DNA from: Phyllosticta citribraziliensis
Lineage: Eukaryota
NCBI RefSeq assembly: GCF_038025025.1
Contig: NW_027117343.1
Span: forward strand, 62,001-126,000
DNA length: 64,000 nt
Direction of reading: 5' to 3'
Made by a program: the position numbers and the translations under genes. Positions 10,656 through 23,052 of this stretch are shown in pieces (within the stretch, counting starts at the first letter, position 1; every line of letters begins with the position of its first letter). The notes under the pieces were generated by a model that made no database searches, was not told where the DNA came from, and worked only from the letters and a program-made list of their open reading frames with translations.

Positions 10656-12794
10656 TTACCAGGTCTCGCCAACTTCGCTCAGCTCCCTCTCACGCGCCGC
10701 AGAGCCCGGCGGAGCAATGGACCGAGGGCCATGTGCGCCGACGCTCGATCTCCGCGAGACTCTGCTCGGCCGTCTGGGCAGCGCCGTTGGAGTGGGGATG
10801 CCGCTGCCGCCATTTGGCGTCGGGATGCCCGAGCCTGGACCCATGCTACGGGTAAAGTCTGGCTTGCGGCTCACGGGCGTCGAGAAGCCAAAGTCGCGAG
10901 GCTTGGGCACGGGCGGCGTCGGCGTCTCTTCCTCAAAGTTGCGACGAGGAGGCGTGGGCTTGACGGTGTTGGCACGGCTGCGGCCCGTCGGACGTTGGTA
11001 GTTGGGTCCAAGGCTGCTGCTAAAGTTGGTGGTGTTGGCGTGAGACAAAGACGGCGTGGGCGTGTGGTTGCGACCCTGGCTGCTGCCCGGGCGCTGGGCA
11101 CCGGTAGTGTTACTCCTAGAAAACGGCCCGAGAGAAGCAGAAAAGAAGCTGTCTGCGGCTCCACGGCTCGGCGGGCGGCCGCTCATGTTTCCAGCAGTCT
11201 TGGGGCGGACGCCGGTGGTGTTGCTGCGGGTTGGTGGAAGTGCCGTGCTACGGCTGGGAGGCCGTCTGAAGGAAACGCTCTGGCCGCTCACGTTGCTAAC
11301 ACCACTGCGCTCGCTGGCCTGGCTGGTAGGCCTGCTCATGCCAGTCGTATTCCCAGGGAGCAGACCAGCTGAACTCGGGGCCTTTGCACCGCCTGCAGCG
11401 CTGAAGCTGAGCCTGCTCACTCCCGTGTCGCCGCCAGCCGCGGAGCTCGTCGTGCTACCGCTAGTCCGCGTGCGCGCCGCCGAGCGCCCAGTGATGCCCG
11501 AGGCACCATTGGAGTGGTTGCTCATGGCACTGCCGCCGCGAGGACTTGCGCGGGGCGGGGTCTGGGTGGGCGCGGGCAGCTTGCTGCGCACGTTGTGGAC
11601 GCGCGACTCGAGCTTCTGCATCTTGCTGATTAGCCCACGAATCTGGTACAGAGAGCCTGTACGAGGCAAAGCACCGTCGGCGCCACTGCGTTTGGAGTAG
11701 TGGCTTGCCGTTGGCCTGCGAGTCGTGGTGCCCGGCGTGGTGCGTCCGCTCGCGGAGCTCCACGGTACGGACGGGGCCCGAGAGTGACGCGAGCGCGCTG
11801 CGCCGTAGTCTCTTGCTCGTGGGGTGTTGTCCTGAAGCGTGAGGGGTCGTCTTCTCTGCGACGGTTCGAAGCCCTTGGAGGATCGGTCCTGCAGGTCGGT
11901 GAAACGTGGCGAGGGAGGAGTGGTGGCGCTGGAGCGCTTCGACTTGGATGGCGGCGGGGTGGACGTGGTCGGGGAAGACAGCGTCGTGGCAGAAGATGAA
12001 GTCTCTGACACGGGCGAACGCGGTCTTACCGAAGCACCAGTGACAAAGGCATGAGTCTTTTGCTCCATGTGCCTTGCCATGGTCTCTTCGGCGGCCCTCA
12101 GCTTCTCCTTGATGATGTCGGCTTCGATGGACAGGTCCGACAGCTCGTCGCGTAACCGCTGGTTTTCTATGCGCAGGTCCTCGCGCTCTTGCTCGCCGAC
12201 CTTGATTTCCTCCTCGAGCATGACGCTGCGCTCAATGGCAACGTTGTACTTTCCCTCGAGGTCTTCGAGCGATGACGTCTGGTTGCGGGCCTGGCGCTCA
12301 AAGTCGTCGTTGGCGACCTCGATGTCGCGCAGCTTGAGCGTCATGGCGCGGTTCTGCTCTCTCAGCGTCGTGATTTCTCTTTGCAGGGCATTCTGGGCTC
12401 CATTGGCTTCTGTCTTGGCCTGTTTGCATTTGGCCTGACACGACGAGGGTTAGCTCCGGTCCGCGACAGAGAGGCGACGGCGACCCCTGGCGATCCCCCG
12501 ATGGATGCGAGCAGCGACGCGGGGGGTCGGGGGACAGAGGCGAGGGCAACTCACCTTCCACTCGTCGACTTCAAAGCCTCGCTCCTCGAGTCTCTCCTTG
12601 AGCTGGCGTTCGCGCTTCTCGCTCTGCTCAATGTCCCTCTCGAGCTCCGACTCGACCTCGCGGCTGCACTGCTGAAAGTCTTGCAGCTCGGCTTCCAGGC
12701 TTTCGTACTGGGACTTGTAGTATGCGATTTGCTCTTCGAGGGTTCCGTTGGCCAGGCCCGGCGAGGCCAGCGGTGCATCGGTCGCGGATGCCAT
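10656..12794 (-). CDS. nudE: Nuclear distribution protein NudE (NDE1/RO11 family), 2 exons
   Basis: YYKSQYESLEAELQDFQQCSREVESELERDIE, LRDIEVANDDFERQAR and SLYQIRGLISKMQKLESRVHNVRSKLPAP are characteristic. Intron at 12435..12554. Confidence 0.95.
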
Positions 12795-13607
12795 GGTAGG
12801 CGGGTGTGCGGTTGGTGGGTCGGCTCGTGAATGTCGGGGCGGTCGTCAGTTCAGTCGTTGCCGTGGTCGTGGTCGTGATGGGGGCGGCGTCGTCCAGGCG
12901 GGGGTCGTGGCGGTGGTGGTGGTTGTGGTGGTGTTGTTGTTGTGGGTGGGTCGCGGTCGACAGTGTGGTGGTGGTGGTGGTGTTGGTGCCTTTGGTTCAG
13001 TTCAGATGCGCAGTCCCGAGCGGTGAAGTGCGCCTAGGGCGTTTCACGAAGCAGGGTCTGGCGGGGGAGAAATTCGAGTCGTCTACTGGGGCATCCGGTC
13101 GCAGGCCATGTCCTCGGGCGGACGAGAGGGCGTGGTGGGAGGGGTTTGGCGAGTGTTGTTGTGTGGGCGGAGGGCGAGTGTTGACGAGAGACGAAGCGGG
13201 CTGGAGTGGGATACCTACTTGCTTGGTGGACCACCTGCAGTGGTGACCAGTGACCTCGTGCAGCATTCATTGCCGGTTGCTACGGACCGTGCCCCCAGCC
13301 CCAAATCCCTGTGACGTGCATCGAATCCATGGCGCGACGTCAACACCACTGCCATTTTGTTTTTACGGATATACACACTCTCTCAGCACTCTGTTGTCTT
13401 CGCTCGTCGCCCTCCATCCGTACCTGACTGACGTGGCAGCGGCTCCGGATTGCCATTGCAGTGTGGAATAATGGAATAGCGGTCACTGCTCTCCACCGCC
13501 GCTCCACCGCTACATCCCCAGCCCGCCCATCATCGGCGCCATGTCGAGAAAAATCAGTCGCTCTGCTCAAATTCGCCGACGACAGCTCGCAAAATATCCA
13601 TAATTAA

Positions 13608-14984
13608 TTAACGCTCCTTGCCGCCATCGCCATCGCCATCGCCATTCCCATCCCCATCCCCCTTTCCCACCTGCAACTGCTGCAGCGCCTCCTTTCCCGA
13701 CTCCACCGCGTCCCCCACCAGCTCCTTGACCTCGCCCGCCGCCTCCTCCGCATTCTGGCGCAGCTCTCCCGCCGTCGCTGGGAACCGCCGCAGCGCCTTG
13801 AGCAGCACGTAGTACAGCTGGATCACGCCGACGTGGATGTGCTCCTTCATCAGCATCGTCAGCCCGTGGGTGAAGAAGCCCTTGAGCACCTCGCCCGACA
13901 GTCCCCGGTACAACCCCGCCGGCCCCTCGCGCCGCGCTATCGCGACAATGGCCCCGACAATCGTCGCCCGAGCGTCTCTCTTGTCGTGTTTCTGACCCCC
14001 TTCTTCCCCATGTCCTCCTGCTTGCGCCCGCGTCTTCGCCACCGACACGGGATACGTGATTGTGCTGGCCACGGCCTTGCTCGCCGCCGCCATGAGAAAC
14101 GTCAGCCGCGCTCCCGGGCTCTTGCGCTTCTCCCGCGCCACCAGCAGCCGCAGCAGCGAGCCCTGCAGCAGAAACGTCAGGGCCGGATTGACCGTGAGAA
14201 TCAGACTGGCGCTGTAGCCCGCCCAGAACCCCGTCCAGCCCTTCTCGCGCCAAATTTGTGCCGCGATGGCTCGCGCCGAAGGGCCCTTTGCCATACCGTC
14301 CCCTGGCTTTCCATTACCCCCGTTGCTGATGCTGTCGTTGTGCCTCTGCCGCGCCGCCACCATGGCCGCCGTCTGCTTGCGCGTGACGACGTTCTGCACC
14401 GGCGTCGTGCACAGCTTGGCCGCGGCGCCCGCCAGCATGCCAACCCCAATCTCCTCGAGCACCGGCAGGCTCCTGTTGCGCGCCAGCCCCAGCATGCCCT
14501 GCCGCGCGTGCCGCAGCATGTTGTACGCCAGGAAGAACAGGAACGAGTCGAGCACGCTCTTGACCAGCGAGTCGCCCACGCCGCTGTAAAAGGCCGCCAC
14601 GCCGCCCTCGCGCCCGTACATCTTGCGCACCGCGTCTGCTATGTCGGCGTATGAGTCGTCGTCCTGCTCTCTTGTCTTGCCGCCGTCCTGCCCCGCCGAC
14701 CGCGACTGCACCTGCAACCGTGTGATGACGACATCGAGCGGGTATATCAGCAGGTTCGCAATTGCTGAGCCGATGGCGCCGGACGTGGCGTGGCCGAGAG
14801 CAGGCAGCGCGGGGCCCAGCGGCGCGCGCGACGGTCGCGTCTCCTCTTGGACAATGTGGTAGAGCTCGAAGGCATCCTGTTGAGCGCGGTGTGAGCTGAT
14901 GAACAATGTGTGCTTAGAGGGTGGAGAGGTAAACACCAGCTGCTCCGTATAGAACCAGGCATTCTCGTCGTCGTTGTCAGCCAT
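13608..14984 (-). CDS. ANT1: Mitochondrial-carrier-family protein, peroxisomal adenine nucleotide transporter-like
   Basis: Three carrier signature repeats (YPLDVVITRLQ, TPVQNVVTRKQ, YPVSVAKTRAQ) with G-F/L-Y/W-x-G motifs. Probable in-frame intron near 14877..14936. Confidence 0.8.
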   Translation of the reverse strand: MADNDDENAWFYTEQLVFTSPPSKHTLFISSHRAQQDAFELYHIVQEETRPSRAPLGPALPALGHATSGAIGSAIANLLIYPLDVVITRLQVQSRSAGQDGGKTREQDDDSYADIADAVRKMYGREGGVAAFYSGVGDSLVKSVLDSFLFFLAYNMLRHARQGMLGLARNRSLPVLEEIGVGMLAGAAAKLCTTPVQNVVTRKQTAAMVAARQRHNDSISNGGNGKPGDGMAKGPSARAIAAQIWREKGWTGFWAGYSASLILTVNPALTFLLQGSLLRLLVAREKRKSPGARLTFLMAAASKAVASTITYPVSVAKTRAQAGGHGEEGGQKHDKRDARATIVGAIVAIARREGPAGLYRGLSGEVLKGFFTHGLTMLMKEHIHVGVIQLYYVLLKALRRFPATAGELRQNAEEAAGEVKELVGDAVESGKEALQQLQVGKGDGDGNGDGDGDGGKER

Positions 14985-15949
14985 CTTGTCAGTCGACGCC
15001 CCTTCACCTTCGCCTTATCCTCTACTTTTTTCCTCTTCTCCTTGTTCGCCCTTTGCTTCCTCGAGCTCGCCTTCAGCTCATGCGGCGGCGACTCGTACGC
15101 GAGATCTCTCAGTCAAACGGTAGGTAGGTACAGTCCGTATCCCCAGATTTCCTTTGGCAGGTAGGCCGGTAAGTTGCCTCAGATAGTAGACGTCAAACTC
15201 GGCATCCAGATGTCCGAACGAACACGAAGACCAAGTGCTGTTCCGGTCCGGCTACGGTTAGCTAGTCCGCTCGGGTCCAGCTGTGCGATGGCAAGCTCAG
15301 GTTGTTTGCGGGCTAGCTCAGACAAGTTTTGGCATGTGATAGAAGAACGTTGGGGTCGGATAACGATGCGAGTTGACTGACGACATGGTGTGCGCCCACC
15401 AGCCCAGGTTCCCCCCGCCGTGCGGAGTGCCCGTCGACCGTGCGTGCAGTCCGGGGTGTGTGGCTGGCGACGTCATTAGGTATTGGTGGCTTCCTTGTTG
15501 GCCCGCGCCCTTCAACACCGTGCAATGAAGGAACTGACACAAGCGATTAAAATGTGCTTTGTTCGCACGTTGTTGTCAGGAAACAGCTTTGTTGAACTGA
15601 ACCATGTCTTCACTACTAGACCTGCGCTACCTACCTACCCATCTATCTAGAGCTGCAAGAGATAGAAAGCGCTAAATAAAACAGCCAACAGCTAAAAGGA
15701 CCAAAAGAACTCAGCGAAGGTAGGAAGCCGTGCCCACATTTTCAACCTGGTAAATAGATGAGATGATCGCGATGAAAGAAAGGGTATCTAATGCAAAGAC
15801 ACTGCGCCGCCCACCGCCGCCACCGATAGAAAGAAAAAAAAAAAAATACGCTCGTCCTGTCTTTTCTTTTCTTTCCCTCTTTCAGAAATGGAGACGACAG
15901 AATGTCGGAAAGATCGCTCAAAGGCACTGCCCTCTTCTTCCCAGCTACC

Positions 15950-18900
15950 TCACGCCATCTGGCCTCTCTGCCCCCTAATCTGAATGCGCCCCGGGCCTCT
16001 CCCATCAAGAATCTTGCGCCGCACCTCCGCAACATCGACCTGCACATCGCCAGCCCCCGCCACGCTCAGCCCGCCAAAGCGCTGCGTGACGTCGGCATCG
16101 AAGCTCCTGCTGCCCCTGGCGCCACCGTACGCCAACAGCTCCTCGCCCTCGTCGTCGTCCGACGCGACTTCTTCTTGGCCCGGCAGGCCGATCTGCCGCG
16201 CGCCGAGCGTGCGCTTGATGTCTTCGAGCAGCACCTCCATCGGGCAGATGTACGCGACGCGGCTGCGCCCGCACCACGCCAGGACGTGGCCGCACACCCG
16301 GCCGTGCGCGTTGTCGATGACCCAGGCGCCAGAGTCGCCGCCGACTGTGTTTGCGTTAGATGGCTGTAAGGAGACATAGTCGTGTGTGGCAATCTTACCT
16401 CCAAGACCGCCCGTGACGTGCCAGGCACGCGCGTAAGAGCGGCGCCCGTGGATCTTCACGGCCGTCATCGTGTGCCCGATGACGCCGCCGCGCAGCCCAG
16501 TCGTACGGCCAAAGCTGTGCACGCGCAAGCTCGCCAAGTCCGCTGCGCGCGCAACGGCCCGCGGAAACTCGTCGTCCTCTGGGTGGAATCCTGCGCGCGT
16601 AACGGGGTCCAGGAGCGCGGGTCGCGAGGTACCCGTCGTCTTGTTCTCCGGGCGTGAAAAGCGGCGACCGCCTTGGACGAGGTTCCACGGCTGCAGGCGC
16701 TCTTCTTTCAGACGTAGAAGTGACCAGTCGATTTCGTGGACTATGCCATCGCGCTTCCAGCGCCGGATGCCGCTGCTAGCGTGCACGCAGCCAAGCTCGT
16801 GACTGTCGAGGTGGTCCTCGTCCTTGTCTTCTTCGCAGGGGAAAAAGTCTTCGTCGACATCGTCAATGGCCGGTTGGGTAATGAGTAGGCCATCGGCTTC
16901 AGCCGAGCCCGACTCGATGCCAGGCACGTCGCCGGGTTCGGACGGGGATGACTTTGTTGATCCTGTGTCGCTTTCGTAGTCGGAGTAATCGAGATCAGAC
17001 TCATAGGCTGCACTGGAGATCGAGTCATCGAGGTAGTCGTCATCATCTTCCTCGTCGTCTGAAATCTCGAATGGCTGGGGCGACAATGGCGGCGACTCGA
17101 GAGCGGGTGCAGAGCCAACAGACGATAGCCAGGGATAGGAAGTTGCCCGGCTACTCGAGCGGTATACCTGTGCGGCGCTGCATTCTGCATTAGTACTCTT
17201 GCCGAATTATTTTCCCTCATTTCTGCGCAGCTGGGGGGTGGATGAAGATGTGATAGCCGCTATTGCACGATGCTCTGCGCCGTTGATATCGTCTTTCGGA
17301 GGAGTTAGGGATGGCAAGTTTCGAGTGTACTAACCCATCATCGCTCATGTCGTCGTCGTCACTCTCGTCATCGCTTGGTACCTCCAACATGTGGTGCACG
17401 CTCATGCCAAATGGCTCTCCATCCACAAGAACTACGCCTCCGTAGCTGACTGGCGGTAGGTGTTCGCCGTTGAAAGCACCAATGCTCGCTCCACAAACTG
17501 GTCGCTGTTGATAGAGCTTGTTCATCGCTGGGATTCCCTCGTCATCGTGAGCCATGGACCGATAAGTCGCTGCAGCAGGCCTCCTCTTCTTTCGGGATCC
17601 CGAATCAGGCCTCGAGAGTTTTGACCGTCGAATCTTGCCCTTGTGGACCTTGAGGTCGTAGATGGCCTTGTCGTAGTTGAAGCGCTTAGCGAGTGCAGCC
17701 TTGGCCTTTCCAGTGCTGGAGCACGTAATGACAATCGTTGGTCGTGCTTCTGCAGGAGAAGGGCCGATGCCAAAAAGATCAATACTGGAGCTCTCATCGG
17801 AATCCTTGAGTGCCCTCTCGCAGATCCGAATCAGGCGGGGAAGCAGGACGTGTCCCCACTCGGTGGCAATAGTCGGAGAGGGTTGCCAACAAGGCTGGAC
17901 CAGCAGCTTTCTCTTCTTGCTTGCGTTGTGCTGCTTGATTTTGTTGCGAATGGAAACATCATCCACCGTGTTGAGCTCTAGATCCGATGGAATGCGCGTC
18001 TCGATCCTTGGGGGCACTTGTCGTCTTCTGAGAGGTTTCCGGGGTACCGAGAAGCGTCGCGATTGCTGCTTCAACCGCCATTGGTTTTGAATGAAGCGAA
18101 CGCTGCGCTCGAGATCGCTCCTGGATGCCCTCAAACGATTTCCACGACACAGGCTTTGGAACGAAACGACAGCTTCCTCCAGGTACTCTCTCAACTCGGG
18201 CATGTTCAAAAAGGCAGCCGATGCTTCGTCAAGAGGAGGCGAAGCAGTCTTATCCTTTTCGCGCGGTTCGCTCTGCTGGGTTGATCTGGTCGACTCCTTT
18301 TCGAGCTTTGACTGATATGGGCTCGGGGCACCTCCACGAAGTTCCGAGGGCGATTTCTTCTCGCTGACTGCAAAATCCCCCGGGGATGGCGCGGAAATGT
18401 TGTAGTCGATTGGCTCCATGTCGTCCAAGAGGCAGCATCTTTGAAGCCTGCTCAAGAGGCCGTCGTACACGACGCCGACTTCCGATTCCGAAATGTTGCG
18501 ATCTCCGGCCGCAATGCATTCTCGAACCGCATTCATGTAGACCGTGCCGCACTTGTTGGCCAACCTGCGGATCCAAATGTCTTCCAGCCGGAGCTTGAAG
18601 TCGGCCAAACTATACTTGACTTTGAAAACATCCTTCAGTGGGAGCCAGAGCCCAATTTCCAACAGCATCAAGGCAAGACCGTACATGTCGAACTGAATGC
18701 CGTACGGAGCGTTTGTTCGATTTTCCGACTTGGGGTCGTGCGGGTGGCGGTAGATGTTGAGGACGTTGGGAAGGGGAGGGTCTATGCTAGTTTCGGAAAA
18801 GATGTCAAAGGAGCAGACGAAAGGAGACCGAAGTTCATAGTCCGGGTGTCTGACTGATTCGCTTCGTGGCCTGCGGAACAGTAGCACATTGCCACTGTTG

Positions 18901-20117
18901 ACTTCCTTGTGGACCACACCGTGCGAGTGGAGTCGACAGAAGGTCATGACGAGATTATGGGCGATTCGAAAGCGTTGCTCGAGAGGTGGGATGTTTGGGA
19001 CTGCTTGGCTCTGTGCACCAGAAGACTTTGAAGAGGCTTGGAGCACGTTGAGAAGGGTGACGGGTCGCATGGACTGGAGATCTGCCGGTCGAAGTGGCCT
19101 CGCAGGGCTGCCGCACGCAAAGTGCGGCAGTTCAAAGACCAACCCGAATCGAGGTTGTGAGAAGTCTTCAAAGTATCCGAGGCATTTGAAGACTCCATAT
19201 TCTGACCCGTTGTTTCCACTCTCAAAGTGCGCGTTGCGCTGCTGGTACATGGAAAGGACCTGCTCGAGGCGGTCTAACGGAGGTCCAAAACCACCACCTC
19301 CAGTTCGGTAAGCAATGTCGAAGCCGGCATACTCGATGAGAACAGGTTGAGTTGTCGATTCGGAGCTTTTGTAGTCGTATCGCTGCAGTTGTCCAATCAG
19401 GCGCGAAGACGAAGGCACCCCGATTGTCTCGTATGGTGGAGGCTCCTCTTCTGGTAGAATGAGATCTGAGCGCTCTATTCTTGGAATCGGTTCGCCGGCA
19501 TCCAGAAGTTCCAATCGAGGGCTCGGCTGGTGCACTTTCACGTCGCCGAGTGCGAAGTCGTCATCCACGAGCGGCGCTTTGGCAGAGCCAAATTCGGAGT
19601 AGGTTTTTGACCGTTGCTGCGCAAAAGCCATGGGATTCTTGCCTTGCGCAAACTTGCGCCTCGATCTCGACAGGTCGTAGAGAGTGTCGATTGAGCCGCT
19701 GAGATCTTTTGCCAATTCTTCGTAACGCGCCTTGCCAGCGGGATTCCAGTCGCGCGGCACTGACGCCTTTCCCCTGCTCTTCAAAGGGCGCATGTCTTCA
19801 GATGCGGCTTGCTCAGATATCCTGATTTGCTCGGCTTCGTCGAGGATGTCTTTGATAGTGGCCAAAACGCTGGATACAGTCTCGGTCAAGCCGGCTTTGG
19901 CAACAGACTCGTCGATGCTGCCTTGCGAAGCAGCAGAACTGTCGTCGCTCCATTCCAGTCCCCAGGCGACCAGGCGGTCCTTTTGCATGCGGAATCGGCG
20001 GTGGATGGCATTGAGTTCGGGTACGCCTTGCAGCTTGACTTGCTCAGCGAGCATGTCCTTCTTGGTGTCCGAGTAGAGCTTCGTGAGCCGCCTGGCCAGC
20101 GGCGCAAGGGTCGTCAT
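15950..20117 (-). CDS. Large fusion protein: HeLo-like N-terminal domain, kinase-like domain and trypsin-fold (Ssy5/S64-like) serine protease domain (3 exons)
   Basis: N-terminus RRFRMQKDRLVAWGLEW. Kinase-like segment GVVHKEVNSGNVLLF..IYRHP..FDMYGLALMLLEIGLW. Protease motifs GASIG..MSVHH, EIDWSL, GRTTG, GDSGAWV. Introns at about 17179-17334 and 16346-16398 join the two ORFs in frame. Confidence 0.8.
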
Positions 20118-21345
20118 GATTGCGGATTGTGTACTACTTGAAGGTTATGGATATTCCAAAGATCGATATGTGAATGTCATAGGTCCGTGGCGCTTGCGAC
20201 AGGACGGATGCGCGGCCCCGCTTCTCCTCTGGAGACTTGTCCTGGGGGTGGTCGGTCTCGAATCACGACGTATGACGGGAGGTCAAGAGATGGAGAAGTT
20301 GAAGAGGTGGAGGCCGGCTTGCATGAAGGAATGGATGGCAATACAAAAAGGCGCTTGGGAGCAGGCACCAGTCTCAACATCGAGAAGGTCCATGGTGCTT
20401 TTCGCTGTTGCCTGACGCTGCAGCTAGGCCCGCTCCGGCTGGGGGGTGTGGCGCAGGGTCTGGGCTGCACGAATCGGGCCTCGCGCCGCGAGTCAGGCGC
20501 CTTGCCTCTTGTGGTCGAAACTGACACCCGATACATGTCCAACACCTTGAATGGTGGTCCAGAAGCAACCCTCTGCATGTCGCTGTCCATTTCTCTCCAG
20601 CTACCTAGTCGAAACGCAACGGCAATGCGTGAAACACGGCCGCACGTGGCGCTTTCCAGCCATCCACGCCCATCTTAGTCCTCGACCAGTACAGTACAAG
20701 ACTTGCGTCCACGTATAACAACGCGTAAGTTCGTCTGCGCCAATCGCCGCCCTCCACTGCCTTGGCTGTTCACATGACGAGCCCTCCATTTTGCACTTTT
20801 CCTGTGACTTTGCTGGGTCTTTGTTGAGCTGCAGCCTGTCCGCCAAGAAAGTTTTTTGGCATATCACCATCCCGATTGGTTCAGCCGTCTTAATTCGGCC
20901 TGACGAATTGACCGATAGCGAACGAGCCAGTCGGTCTTTTCAGTCTCAACAGTCCAGAACACCCCCAGGCGTCGTCTATGACCGTGTGCTTGTGGGCTCG
21001 TCATTGGTAGCTTGAGACAAGTTAGGTGGAGTGCACTCTCACGATCCGTTTGCCGCCGTAGAGTCGCACAAGTCGAGAGTGTTTCAGGCAGGCAATGGTG
21101 ACTATAGCAGGGGAGGCGGCTAGGCTTCAGCAACACAGGAAGGCGAAAATGTGCGCTGCAAAGTTCGGATCCGGATACGAGAAAACCGAGGGGACAGAAG
21201 ACTCGGCCAGCTGAGCGCGAGACACCGAAAGGCGGCAATTGAGCCACGGCAGGGCCCATCAATCTTGATCCCTGGCCTAGCAGGCAGCCGTTTGATCTTG
21301 GAAACCTCGGGCCAATCAACCCAACAGCCCCTAGAGACTTTGAGA

Positions 21346-21929
21346 TCATAGATATTTCTTTGCTGCGGCGGCAACCCTCTGCCTGAAGACGGGACTCCTG
21401 ACAGGCTGGTTCAGAGCGTAGAACGGGTTCATGATCGTCTTGACCCAGTTGTCGTAGACGTCCATGAAGAAGTTCTTGATGGCCTCCTCGGCAGCCGGGG
21501 CGGTGGGGTTGTACGTGCTCGAAGATGGGTATGCCGAGTTGCGCACCGAAGACATGGAGGCGGCCGACGAGCGGTGGTTGTCGTTGTGGGGACAGGTGAG
21601 GAGCAGGAACTTGACGTTGCCTGCGGTCAGGAAGCACGAGATGTAGTTGTTCTGGAAGCGGTCGATGTGTTTGAGGTACCTGGCCAGCTGGTCAGCAACG
21701 AGCGTTCAGGGTAGCTCAGTCCGAGGCGCAATGGGAGCTCTCACATCTGTCCGCCTCCCCACTGCACTTCTTCGACAATGTCGAGACTGCTGTGCACGAT
21801 GAACTGGTTCATGTGTCGCGCCTCTTCCCTGAAGCGCGCGATGCCGTCGCCGCCGCCCCTTGACGTCCCGAATTCATGCTCAAATAGCGGGTTGTCCTTG
21901 GTGCCCACAATGGCAAAGTAATAAGACAT
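21346..21929 (-). CDS. TRS20: TRAPP complex subunit Trs20 / sedlin (2 exons)
   Basis: MSYYFAIVGTKDNPLFEHEF..MNQFIVHSSLDIVEEVQW..YLKHIDRF..KTIMNPFY..AAAKKYL. Intron at about 21680-21743. Confidence 0.95.
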
Positions 21930-22114
21930 GATGGCGCGCGAGGACAAGTTGAAAGCCGGCGTTGGGACTTGCTTGGAGATGGAATGGAGTCGGAGCAGCT
22001 GTGGAGCTCCCCCGGTACGTGGAGTACTGCCGAGGCGGTGAAGGCCTCCCGCGCCAAAAGTTCCGACACCATCGCAGACCATCACGTCCGTCGATCTCCA
22101 GACAGACCGCAACC
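21930..22114. promoter_or_regulatory. Compact bidirectional promoter region between TRS20 and MRPL31
   Basis: Only 185 bp separate the two divergent start codons. Confidence 0.6.
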
Positions 22115-22593
22115 ATGTTTGGAGCATTCAAGCCATCGTCGCCGCTTTCCGGTGGTCTTCTCTGGTGAGTCCGGAATACAATTGCCACAATTGATCTCAA
22201 AGACTACGACACATGCTTACACCAATCGCAGGAAGATTCCATGGCGGCTCTCGCCTCCCCAAAAGGCCCGCCAACGTGGCCGCCTCCGCCGCGTAGACAA
22301 CGTCGTCGCGACCGTGGACAAGGCGCTCGCACGTGTTGGCATCCACGGCACCGTCAAGCTGGACCGCTGGAAGGAGGAGATGCCCACCGAGCCGGAGATG
22401 TTTGCGCGGGACAAGTACACTGTCTTTGGCCGGTACCAGAGAGGCTACAGGAAGGGAATTCACAGTACGTCCATATTCGCCTCGTGGCACGAGTGCTGGT
22501 CGCGATTGTTCTGGAGATGTGGTGCTGACAGCCGTTCCAGAGGTGCCCAAGTGGACTCGCGTCTCGCAACGTCTCAACCCGCCAGGTTTCTAA
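22115..22593 (+). CDS. MRPL31: Mitochondrial large ribosomal subunit protein L31 (mL60), 3 exons
   Basis: MFGAFKPSSPLSGGLLW|KIPWRLS..EMPTEPEMFARDKYTVF..YRKGIHK|VPKWTRVSQRLNPPGF, with two canonical introns. Confidence 0.93.
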
Positions 22594-23052
22594 ACTTTGA
22601 GACGTATATTCCTCTTCTGCATCTTGGCCTTTTCTATTTTGTTGGGAGCATGAATCGGCGCATATGGGTACTCGGCTCCACAGAATGAGCTGTCAGCAGT
22701 GAAACAAACCATGCTCGTTGGCCTCAAGACCAGCTTCAGAACGACGGTGTCCACTATGATGTGACAGTGACACTATCGAATTTTTGGGTAACATGCGACT
22801 TTGGGTACGGATTCGTCCGCTTTGCAATCCAATCAGTCGCCGGGGTCCTCATCGCAAGCCTCATCGATGCGGCTCTGGATAGACTCGGCACTTCTTGCAG
22901 CCTTCCACGAACTGAGGCGGATGATGGTCGATCCCTTTGCATCATCGCACTATGGCTTTAGGTACATGTATCTTGTACACTGTAAACATGATTGCGACTC
23001 CTAAACTATTCCAACTTTTCCATCCCTAACGCCTCTCAAAACCAATGACAGC

